Below are positions 25,881 to 36,339 of a stretch of DNA of 36,952 nt, one piece after another (within the stretch, counting starts at the first letter, position 1; each line of letters begins with the position of its first letter). The position numbers were made by a program, and so were the translations under genes. Below the pieces are notes generated by a model, which worked only from the letters and a program-made list of their open reading frames with translations, was not told the DNA's origin and made no database searches. Origin of the DNA: Paraglomus brasilianum (lineage: Eukaryota). The stretch is from assembly GCA_910592345.1 (NCBI GenBank), contig CAJVPI010000279.1, positions 1 to 36,952 of the forward strand, written 5' to 3'.

Positions 25881-27283
25881 TTTCGCACTAAGAATTTTTA
25901 TATTTATCTTATTACGCCATCTCTATCAAATATTACCTATCCCCTTTTTATAGCATAACGATAAAACAGAAAACAGATATATTATTCACAATTGCAATAA
26001 GCTACGATGCAGACACGATTTTGTCATCGCATTTGCATCACCGTCAAGCAATAGATTTTTTTTCAAAGGAAAGTAAATGATAATGCAAACGTAATCTTAT
26101 CGTCAGTTGAAGGCATGAGCTGTGGCTCACCAGCATAAAAAAGAAGCTCCGCTTCACGGAATCTAGTAAATAAAATTGAATGTATAAAATGACGACCTAT
26201 GCAAAGATAATCTTGCCATCAAAAATATGAAGAACAAAATTTAGAAAGAGGCTATTTAGTAGCCATTTCTCCCGGAAAAACCGCTGATTTCTCGCACGGT
26301 GAATTCTATTATTTGAGATAAACCTTCCCCAAAAACAACTCCAATTTAATGTTTCCAGTAAAGAATTCCTGTTCCCCAAAATACAACTCGCAAAGCGAGG
26401 AGGCTTTGCCGGTTTTATTATTTTAATTAATTCGACTCGCGGAGCGAGAAGGCTACGCTTCTATAGTTTACGGAATGTTCGCTGGATAATCGTTGCTGCT
26501 CGAATTATTTCATACAAAGCTACTTTCCCTAGTTTAGAATTATAACCTAAATATTCATTCCGCGTTAGATTGTTTTTGATACGGAATATAAAATTTTCCC
26601 AACCGTCCTGATAAGAAATGTCAAATCCAGGTTTTAATAAATATTACGTATGTGTTTGGGTGGACGATACTTTGCGAATCGCAACAATCGTAACCTAAAC
26701 CGTGATTCCGGTGTTTTCAAATCTTTGATATACTTTAATCCATATTCAGTTAATCTGCTTCGGGAGTATTTGTTTTTTGCCGTAATATCTGAACTGAATA
26801 TCAATTGATTTTCCTGCATGTATAGGTTGTAATTGTTTGTTAATGTAATAGTAAGTGCTAAATGTTGATCTAGGAGTACCACAAAATGTCTCTGCATGAG
26901 CAACCCAAAAATGCCAGGATCATTATCATCCAGCTCCTTATGACCCATGATAAAACCCTTTCTCCAGCGTTTCAGCACTTGTTTGTGGTTTGTCACTTGA
27001 AGCAATCATACCTGTTTTAGTATTATAATACAGGAGGAAAGTGCAAGAAAGAAGTTAACATCAAATGAGATATCAAATGCTTTGCATGTCTGCTGCACTC
27101 CACTTGCACATGTGCATTGATTAAGCAACTGCTACTCTTTCTGAGCAGCACTATTGGTAAAATACATGCACAAAACATCCTTTTGTCTTTCATAGAGCAA
27201 GCTGCACAATTTCTGAGTACAAGTCCATAGCTACTCTTTGACCCAAATGTAGCAATACAATGCATTTCGAGTATTCTCTTGCT

Positions 27284-27394
27284 AATATGTCAGAATTGCT
27301 ATGCCAACCCTTTCCCCAGAACCAAAATTCGGAATAACTACAACTCCACTTGAAGTTCCTCCTAAAGCCCTGTAAATTCAAGAATAGAATTCAA
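27284..27394 (+). pseudogene. Short decayed fragment of exon 3 of the Uma2-like gene family (third copy in the window)
   Basis: aatatgtcagaattgctatgcc..aaccctttccccagaacc..ggaataactacaactc..cttgaagttcctcctaaagccctgta..agaatagaattcaa aligns, with deletions, to the coding strand of exon 3 (about 23328-23105). Confidence 0.7.
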
Positions 27395-27429
27395 AGCAGG
27401 TTATTAACCATCTCCAAACTGCTTTCCCA

Positions 27430-27565
27430 GATTTCAAATTATTAAAGAATAGCAAGATTAGGAGGCCTTGTACTATTGAAACTAACAGGAGAAGACTTAA
27501 TGGCTATTGGCATGAAATTTGGACCTGCAAAACTCATCGCTGAACATGTCAAGGAGTTAAACAGT
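27430..27565 (+). pseudogene. SAM-like domain relic
   Basis: DFKLLKNSKI [frameshift] GLVLLKLTGEDLMAIGMKFGPAKLIAEHVKELNS fits the SAM pattern (I.G..LL.LT.EDL..lG...G....I). Confidence 0.65.
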
Positions 27566-28187
27566 ATCTGCATATTATCAATTTTTCATGGAATGCGAAT
27601 AGAGGTAATCAACAATTTAGTTGTGAGATATTGCTTAACGATGCGAACTGTGATTATTTACGGTTACGATCATATCGTCTCAATCACGAGGTGTCTTTCT
27701 CTGGTATTACAGCGTCTGCTGATTCTCGCATGAATATCATAGATTGCAGTTTACGGGTAAACACTGTATTACTTTCACGAGTAAACACATCGTATGACTT
27801 TCACGAATATGATTTTCACAAACGAACACATCGTATACGTATGACTTACAATTTATGAACAACACGTCATATAACTTTTATTATGCAAATAGAGATTTCT
27901 TAACACGCGATTTTTTTTATTCCTGGCGTCAAGTACTCGTATGACTTTCTTATGATCTATCAATTAGAACTTAAATCGATTCAATTTGATGTATCTCAAA
28001 CGTGCAATACTTCTTTTTGTCTTATCATTCGCATCATACCATTTACTGGTGATTTTATTAAAAATTTAAACCACATTCACTGTAATAAAATTTTTACGCA
28101 ATTAAAATAAACCTTTATAATATTAATATAACCAATTCCTACTTGTTTAATTCGGTGGGCGATCCTTGCAATTCATCAAGCACTTGG

Positions 28188-28905
28188 TACAAGGCAAATT
28201 CGTTAAGACAAGCCACGCTAAGCCGAAATCGAAGTTTTTCTGGTCCCCAAATTTTTATTATAGCGAAGCCAAAATTTATTAATAATTTACGTTAAAAAGG
28301 AAGCCGAAGATTTTTGACTGACCAACAATAATAAATTTATCTCGATATACCGAAGTCATTACGTAAATTTGTATTGATTTGTTCGTTTCTTGAATCCTGT
28401 AATTGAAACAACTCTTTTTTTGCAACGCCTATATACGTGTTGCTATCTTCTAATATCAAAATTTTCAGTTTTGTTTACCGATCATGCATATTTGCGCGTC
28501 AGGTTTGTATAATATTCTTTATGGAAAAGTCTTTTCGTTTAAACACGTATATATGAGAAGTGCTTGTTACAAGTGTCACTAATCCTTCAGAATGAACAAT
28601 CATGGAGAAAGTTCAACGAATGGTTCTTCAAATGCTATGTCTATAATAAGCAATTCAAAAATAAACCACCAAAATAAAACGCAAGGCGCTGACTGGCCTC
28701 GAAAAAAAAACCTCTTTGTATTAAAGGGCAAGAGCATCTTAATCTTACGTTGGAAGCATTAGCAAACTTTTATACCGTTGAATTGTATATAAGTCGAAAA
28801 TTTGTGTAAACATATAGATTCAATTTAGTGCGAAATTTAGTAAAACGAAAATTTTGATAAGCCGAATAAATTTTTTCTTTCCCGTCTTATCGAGTTTGCC
28901 TTGTA
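28188..28905. mobile_element. Pogo-like inverted termini, either one non-autonomous element or two separate end fragments
   Basis: tacaaggcaaattcgttaagac (28188-28209) matches the reverse complement of 28884-28905 (tacaaggcaaactcgataagac) at 20/22. Both ends carry an outer TA, and aagccgaa/aagtcgaa motifs recur internally. Confidence 0.6.
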
Positions 28906-29005
28906 TTAGTGTTATCATGTGAGCGTATTTTATTAAGGTAGTGGTCACATCGTTACCGTAAATAGAAATTATTCTTCGTCACAAAAATCGTCGGAATAAT
29001 GCGCG
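28609..29005 (-). repeat. Dispersed repeat, copy B, with two insertions relative to copy A
   Basis: Reverse complement of 1522-1786, with extra sequence at about 28727-28767 and 28784-28900. Confidence 0.85.
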
Positions 29006-29211
29006 CAGCTCCCCATAAACATTAAAAATAATTGTACAGCAAAAAACTTTTACTCACGCGTCCGTTGTAAATAAGCGCAATCTTTAGGTCCCTGTCAGCT
29101 ACCTCTGTAAACAAGTTTCATATAGTATAAAACTAACATGGGTATCTTCAGCGCGCTTTTCTCTCTCTCTTCATCCAATACACAGATAGTCGAGAAAACC
29201 TTCAACCAAAA

Positions 29212-32034
29212 ATGACCAGTCTAACATGCCTTCTTCATGGGGAACACCCTAACAAGACCTTTACTATCCGTCTTCAATCATATGAGGAACTTAGTGACCT
29301 CAAACTGGCTATAAAAAACCGAAAGGAACAGACCTTTATCAACACTGAAGATACAGAAATTGTAGTCTGGAGGGTTGAAATCTCCACTACCAATGAAGAT
29401 GATGCAAAGTATAAACTGCTTGCCAGTCAGCAGGCTGACATCAACATCCAAGAACAACTCGGTGGAGAATTATTGAGTAAGGGGGGCACTCTCATTACGG
29501 CATACTGGCCTCAACCTCAGCGGGGAACGATCCATGTCCTTGTTGAACCACCACGTGGTAAGTAACATTACTAAATTCGAACATTCCAAATATATACCCA
29601 GGGAGGCAATCATTTCGTCGACAGTCATTTCACTGACAATCATTTCACCGACAAATCTTCACCAACATTATCTCGAAGTTATCCTTTTTTGGTAGTTAAA
29701 ATGTACTGTCGGTGAAATGATTGTCGATGAAATAATACGGACCCATATACCCACACTACCATCAATGGCAATATACTTTCACATTGCTTTTCTATTGTGC
29801 TTTGTTCACTGTCACATCATTTATCATTTATCATTATTCTACCATTTCATCCATCATCCCTTTATATTATGACCATCAGCATATACTAATAAACAAAAGG
29901 CTGAGGAGGAATACGTTGTGATTGCACCTAGTAAGTTGGATTTGTTTTATTTTTATTTACAGTGAGAGGGTTTAATACTTTCTAGCCATAAGCGTTTTCT
30001 GATTAAATTTATTTTTTTGTAAATTCAGAGCGTCGCTTTGCTTCTGCTAACGAGGTTTATCCTGATTTTAATTTCTACGTTGAGCCTGAAGCTGAAGTCA
30101 AAAAAGTGGTAGAATTACTCCTCGAACGCAAATTCACCCTCTTGTTTGGCCATCGACAAAGTGGCAAGTCTACCACTTGTCATGCGATTCTACGATGGTT
30201 CTACACTCATTCGGAACAAATTAGAGAAGCTGGCTTTGATCCACAGGAATTAGAGATCTATTTTGTGACTTTCGATGCCAATATTCTTGTTGGTAGCAGA
30301 CGTGACATGTTCTGGAAGAGCGTATGCGAGAAATTCAAGCTTGTAGGCAATGCCCGGTTTAACTTTGATAATAACCAGCAATCCTCGGGGAACACCTTTA
30401 TGAGATTCTTTGCAAAAGACAACCCCCTCGCACAAAGCCAAGCTATTATCATCATCGATGAGGCTTCGCGTCTGACCAGCAATGATGACGAAGCCACTAT
30501 GGCCATTATTACCGAATTCATCGACTCGCTGTGGACTCTCAAGGGTGATCGTGATAATTTTCGCCTCCATTCTCTTTTACTCTGTGGAACCGCAAGTATT
30601 AGGGACCTCCTGCTTGCTCGCCAACGACCTGGCTCTATGTCCTCAATTTCCCCATTTTCGGAAGAAGCAAGCTTGACGTCCAGTCGATTTACTGAAGCTG
30701 AAGTCCGCGCTCTTTTTACTCAGTTTGCTGACACTAATAATATGGCGTTCGATATAGTCAATATCGCGGCGGATATTTTTGATCTCACTCTTGGCCACAA
30801 AGGTCTCGTTGGCGCTTGCGGCGATTATATTCAAAATACATATGATCATAATAATACTCCCATTGTAACGCTCGATGATTGGAAAAGGCACACTCCTGTT
30901 AAACTGCTAAATCGCATACTGCAATTGTCAACGTATGAATCCATCGTGCGAAATCTTAACACTCTCACGCCCTCACGTCGACGTATACTTATCAAAGTGT
31001 TACGTTTTGGCACGTGTCAAATTGATCTCGTAAGTTAATTACCTCTTCATTAAGCCACCATGGTCTTCGATCATAAATATTTTTCCTTTTTTTTTTTAAA
31101 AAAAATAATAATAATAAGAACGACGACGATGCAAAATATCTTCTTGCTGAAGGAATGATTTTTGCGAAACGGGAATTAGATAATGGACGTTGGGAAACCG
31201 AAATTGGCGCACCTATCCTTCGTAGTTTAATAATTTCAACCATAATTCTGCCTGATCTATCCATACCTAATGACCTGCCAGATACAACAACGCTTGATCC
31301 TCGATGGTTCTTAGCACGTACTATTGAAGTATGTTTTTTTTTGTTTTGTTTTTTTTTTATGAATTTCTACTGGCAATGGAATAACATCCAGACATTTGGT
31401 TCCCTCAATGTTTATTTCTATACAGAATTTATGCGTTCGGAACCTCTACTCTGGACCGACCCTAAATGCAAATGCACAACCATCTGAGTATGCTTTTCAA
31501 TCTGAGTTCTCTACCGTCTTCAAGAACATGCTTGGCCATGTATATCCAACGTTGCGATATAGAGTTTTGGTCGAAGCAAAGGAGCATATGGAAGGTGGCA
31601 CCCGCCGTCAGCGTTTAGACCTCCTCATCCGTGATGGTGCTGTACTACCCGCATATGGCTTTGAGCTTGTCGTTTCAGCAAGTAAGAAAAATTTCAAAAA
31701 CCACATCAAACGTTCCAAAAGCTACAAAAAAATCCATGATTGCACTATGTTCATGGTCAACCTATGTCCCAAACCCACACTGAGTTCTTATTTTGGAAAC
31801 AATGGTGAGCAGTTTGAGGATAATGATGATGAAGAGAATGAAGAGGAAGTGAACGATGAGCATGGGGAGTATGATGGTGTTTCTGTGACTCTGGTAAATG
31901 TCGTCATAAAACAGAATGCGCAGGAGGCATGGCAGGGAGAGTTAAAATATGAGGACGGAAATTCTGAAGTAGTGTCTATTAATGGTTCCGAATGGAACAT
32001 GTTCTTCAACACCACAATCATTAATGTAGTCTAA
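29212..32034 (+). CDS. CRN: Crinkler (CRN)-family protein: ubiquitin-like CRN N-terminal domain, P-loop NTPase and PD-(D/E)xK-like C-terminal domain, about 738 aa
   Basis: Exons 29212-29557, 29880-29930, 30029-31029, 31119-31328 and 31426-32034 total 2217 nt in frame. MTSLTCLLHG..LSDLKLAIK..IVVWRV..TIHVLVEPP (HVLVxxP motif); Walker A GHRQSGKST; Walker B IIIIDEAS; SEYAFQSEF..RRQRLDLLIRD..YGFELVV. Confidence 0.88.
29601..29744. mobile_element. Mutator-like (MULE) MITE in intron 1 of the CRN gene, 9-bp TSD
   Basis: TSD atataccca at 29592-29600 and 29745-29753; GGG...CCC ends; imperfect TIRs of about 40 bp built from ~15-bp units (atcatttcaccgaca). Confidence 0.85.
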
Positions 32035-32546
32035 AAAGCTATATACTTTAACTTTGCTGTTTCAATGATAAATATTCGGGTTTTTTTAAAGACCACTTTT
32101 TTTCCATTTTGTCCAAGAGTGGCTCCTTACACTCAAAGATGCTGCACTATTAATAAATGTAAATCTTCATACTGATTCTACGTTTCTTTCGACATTTCAA
32201 ATATCATTTCTTAGTTTGCAGCATTTGATATTTTCAATTGCTTGTGCTTACAGCACATATTGATATTAAGTGGTGAAAACTCGGCATCTGAATTTCCTGC
32301 CATCGAAATTGCACTTTTAAATTGTTGGTACGGAAAAAATGTTACAAACAGGATTCGAATTTTTACATTTCGGTACATAACGGTAAAGCCATTATTGGTA
32401 ACAATTATACAAACACTCCGGATTGCGTATCGATATATTTCAATTTTATACGCGCCATGTATAACGATAACGATAATAATTCGAAATTTAACAAAACCAG
32501 ACAAACTGTACATAAAAATTATGCATATATAGTGGAGAATAAAAAT

Positions 32547-33215
32547 ATGTATGAATACCAGAAAGCTCTTCATTTTTTAGAACAAGGCTGTGACTGCGGT
32601 TGTTCTGCTAAGGTGCCAAAAAAGACTTTGCTGAATTGCGGGAAGCTTTTCAAGCTCTGACTAAAACCGAACAAGATATTTTCTTAATGGCTCAACTCAA
32701 GTCGATGGAGCAATACTAGTCGACGTCTCAAGAACAGGTCTCGAATCAACAAGAGAACTTTTTATTGCTGGAATCGCGATATACCCATTTGTCAAAAGTA
32801 TTAGAGAACATTTGATAGAAAATGGCCTTCTTTCCCGAGTACACGGTAATGTAAAAAAATGCCACAATAAAAAACCAAGATGGTAGCGATAAAAACGTGG
32901 CTATTACTGTAAAGAATTTTTTTCTCTTAAATTATGCCGAAGTCCACGGATTACCAAGTCCGTTAGAAATGTCAACCGAGTTACCCAATCAACTTTATTT
33001 TTTTGCCGGCGGAAATGAGCTATAAAATCTATTCATCGTGACTTTTTAGCTGGCTTGGAAGAAGAGAGTAATTTGAGAGCCCTCAAGTATGATGCTTTTC
33101 GCATCAATTAACTCCGCAAATCCAAATCATGAGCCCGCAAACTGACTTGTGCGATACCGGCGGAATAACTTGCAATTTAACGCTCTTAAAGAAGAGGAGG
33201 CCCGAGACTTGTTCT
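32547..33215 (+). mobile_element. Decayed DNA-transposase-like ORF (possibly Sola-related)
   Basis: Frameshifted pieces MYEYQKALHFLEQGCDCGCS / AELREAFQALTKTEQDIFLMAQL / IREHLIENGLLSRVHGN / LNYAEVHGLPSP / FLPAEMSYKSIHRDF / QLTPQIQIMSPQTDLCDT. The superfamily call is from recollection only. Confidence 0.55.
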
Positions 33216-33712
33216 TTATAATTAAATATCAAATACCGCATAACATGTTTCTTACCCAAAAATTTGTATCAAATCGCATCGCTAACTCATGACTCAAACC
33301 GGTCGAATAAAAATTTTACGCCACTTTTCCGTACCCTACGATTATTTTATATTACTTGTGCCGTTCGTAATTGATTATAATTTTTGTAGTAAGTTTTTAC
33401 TCCCACTCTTATTATCTCTTTTCTTCTGACTTACCGTTATACTAATTGTTGATGTTAGAGCTTCTGCATCGGGTAAGGTAGAGTTAGTTAGAATTATCAC
33501 CACATTTTTCAGTCAAACCGAGTTGTGAGGCATATATATTAAGTCGCTTGATTAATAGAATTGATGTTGGCGTGGCGGATTTATGTGTCGGAAAACTTTT
33601 CGAAATCGAGGAAGTGACTCGTATTAACTTCTAAGTAATATATTGATATCGCGTGTGCTCCAAATGTTACACTGATACTATTGTTCTTATTTACGGAAAC
33701 AATCGTGATAGT

Positions 33713-34122
33713 GCAGTAAAAAATTTTTCACTGTTAACAAGTCCGACAAGTCACGCGTATAAATTTAATTAAACTGATTCCTATGATAGCGATAACATAA
33801 ATAACAAAAGCGCACATATGAGTAGACGCGCGTTCGCGTGTTAAATGTTATCGATTGCTGTCACATGCATCCTTATAAGTATAAATGTTGTTATATATGC
33901 AATAAAAAGTGTGACTGTAGAGTATAAACGGGTATCGATATATTGATTAGTGTAGCACACTATCACACCATCACATCATAACGCGACTGTCATAATTGTT
34001 TCCGTAATAGTATCGGAGTACACGCAGTAAAATATTTTTTCACTGGTTAAAAAGTCCGATAAGCCACGCAATTAAACTAATCTCTATGATAATAATGACA
34101 TCGAACAACAAAAGCACCTATG
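33713..34122. repeat. Degenerate ~100-bp direct repeat (33713-33820 and 34024-34122) with a nearby 22-bp inverted repeat
   Basis: gcagtaaaa..tttttcactg..aagtccga.aag.cacgc..aattaaact..ctatgata..aacaaaagc occurs twice. ttacggaaacaatcgtgatagt (33691-33712) is inverted, with mismatches, at 33986-34007. Confidence 0.7.
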
Positions 34123-34530
34123 CAATATGATATCAGCGTGACCTATGTAGTATAGCGAGGGACACTCTAGTGATTCTTATAACAATATAAGAAGATGTAT
34201 GACCACTGTGTAACTGCTATTATTTTCGCTCCTAATTTGTTACTATAATATGATATCGTGTAACAATTTTCATCTTACAAATCAGAAAAATGGAGCCAAC
34301 TTTTTGACTTTCAAACAAAAGTCTATTATGACAGCGTGAGTAGATGATTCTGGCGCAACTGATACGTCTACTTTTTTCTAACCGTCTAGTTATGTTCAGA
34401 ACTGATGATACTGTTTCAAAACAAACGACAAATTATGTCGATTTTCGAAACCTAAGGTGAAAGGAATGAAATATTTATCCAGAAGCAACGTGTGAGGAAA
34501 CTACGTAAGTTTTTCATGGTGGGGGAGGTT

Positions 34531-35260
34531 ATGAGCAAGACTAATTTGGTTAATTATAACAAGGTTTCCGTACGTGCTCGCCGAGGTGTGACTTTGGACG
34601 AGTATGAACATTGCACCGACAAGTTTAACGTTCATGGTTTATGGGAATGGGTAAATTTTAGAACGTCCATTAGAGCCACACGAAATTTGTATTGGCGCGA
34701 TTACTTCAGAAATAGTTGCGCAATGCATGTCCGTCAAAGAAACAGAATAAACCGCAGAGCAACTCATAAGCATCAATTGATTAACTATCTCAGTCCTATT
34801 AATAGTATCAAATTAATTTTCTTTCCTTAAAGGAACTCACGCTGATGGTTCTGGGAAAGGGGCTGACGCATCATTTCATCCAAAGAAATTAGGAGTGCCT
34901 GCACCATTCGGAAGTGACGGAAAGGTGCCCTTTGTTTTTCTACTGGCTTTAATTCCTTTAACATTAAAGTTTATATTTTTATAATTTTATAGGGGAAACC
35001 GTGGCCGAATATTATCGTGAAAAGTCGCATATTTTGAAAGCATAGACCACGTCTTTGAAAATTAAAAAATTACATGCTAAATAATTTTAATCGCGTACAT
35101 GATGCGATAATTGTCAAAATAGACCCCATTCCCTGAGAACAACGCATGCAAGTAAGTTATACTTCTTGCAATGTTTGATTGCCTCAATATTATTCTAAGA
35201 ATAAACACATGCAGGCGTGGCATTTGTTCCATCGACAGAAGAACACGAAGAGAAAAACTT
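34531..35260 (+). pseudogene. Decayed Uma2-like / Crinkler-associated restriction-endonuclease-fold gene (different subfamily from 23078-23915)
   Basis: RRGVTLDEYEHCTDKFNVHGLWEWVN / PLEPHEICIGAITSEIV / THADGSGKGADASFHPKKLGVPAPFGSDGK | GKPWPNIIV / VAYFES / RVHDAIIVKIDP | AWH, with remnant introns, frameshifts and a stop. Confidence 0.72.
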
Positions 35261-36189
35261 CAACATCGAACTCACGTAATGACAAGTACAGGATGTGGAT
35301 GGTTTATTGCTTTTATTATTAGTTTGAATTTGGCACTCATAATGGAGCCGGGAATCCGTTGAATATTGCATGACTCATTAAATTTAATTTAACCATCAAG
35401 CGCATTCTGATTCTATTGTTTTCAAAAAATGAGATTTTATTTAATTAATAATGTGTCGTGTAACCGGTACATGTATTATGTAAAATGTCTCGGACTCACA
35501 TACAAGGTGTATCTACATGTTTCTACTGAAGACATTGAGGAACCTGCGTTGCTGATTCCTTGCTTTCGGTAACAACCTATTCGCCTTCATCTTCAACAGC
35601 CACTCTTACTTTGGCTACTGCTAACCTGCCATTTCAGCAGACTCTACACATTCAAAGCATTGTGGCAACGTATTTCTGTCCAGTTACTTTTTTTTCTTTT
35701 TTACCTATATGTTTTCTGTTAGTGCAACCTGTTTTGTGTCCGATTATTTCTTCTGATTCATTTTATTTAAAATTGAACGCCTGGGTTTACTTAAATGTGG
35801 GTGCGTAGTTGCAAAGTGTCTACGTGACAATTGTTCCATATGTCACTGATTATTTTGTTTTGAGACGCCGATGGACAGATCAGGCTTTTCGTGATATAAC
35901 GCGTTTTTCATCTATACACGAGCTCGCATTGACTTGAATGATCAATTGTCCTTTTGTTTCCTGTTCGTATCCTTAAAATGATGAATTTAGAATATTCTTC
36001 ACATTTGTGCCGCAATAAATCAGCACCTTTTATTTACATGCTACATTTCTCTGATCGTATAGTATGATTGAAAGTAGCCTTTGCCCGATCTTACAAGGAA
36101 TACATGATAATGTTAAGTGACATGCAATTAACTGGCCTTGGTAATTATCTATCGCATCCTGTTTCCATCCACGAATTATAAAGTATCAG

Positions 36190-36339
36190 TGTTGTACCTC
36201 AGTTGGGGACCTGTCTCAGTTCTGGACCGAGACAACTGGATGTGTCTGGGTTCTGGACTGAGACAACTGGATGTGTCTGGGTTCTGGACTGAGACAACTG
36301 AGTTCTGGACTGAGACAGGTCCCCAACTGAGGTACAACA
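36190..36339. mobile_element. MITE with TGT...ACA ends, perfect 31-bp TIRs and 4-bp TSD (Ginger-like)
   Basis: TIR tgttgtacctcagttggggacctgtctcagt (36190-36220) is inverted at 36309-36339; TSD tcag at 36186-36189 and 36340-36343; the interior is a 31-bp tandem repeat. Confidence 0.88.

Noticed and set aside
26820..27270. Minus-strand ORFs in a CpG-poor, TG/CA-rich tract
   Set aside because: Looks like mutationally decayed repeat DNA; no family could be assigned.
1522..29005. One giant TIR element bounded by the inverted repeats
   Set aside because: No TSD at the outer ends, no intact transposase or integrase inside, and the interior holds ordinary housekeeping genes.
29900..29930. Alternative acceptor (AAG at 29897-29899) for CRN exon 2
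   Set aside because: It gives an immediate in-frame TGA, whereas the CAG ending at 29879 keeps the frame open.
36220..36320. CRISPR-like regular repeats
   Set aside because: The units are head-to-tail with no unique spacers, sit inside TIRs with a TSD, and the genome is eukaryotic with no cas genes here.
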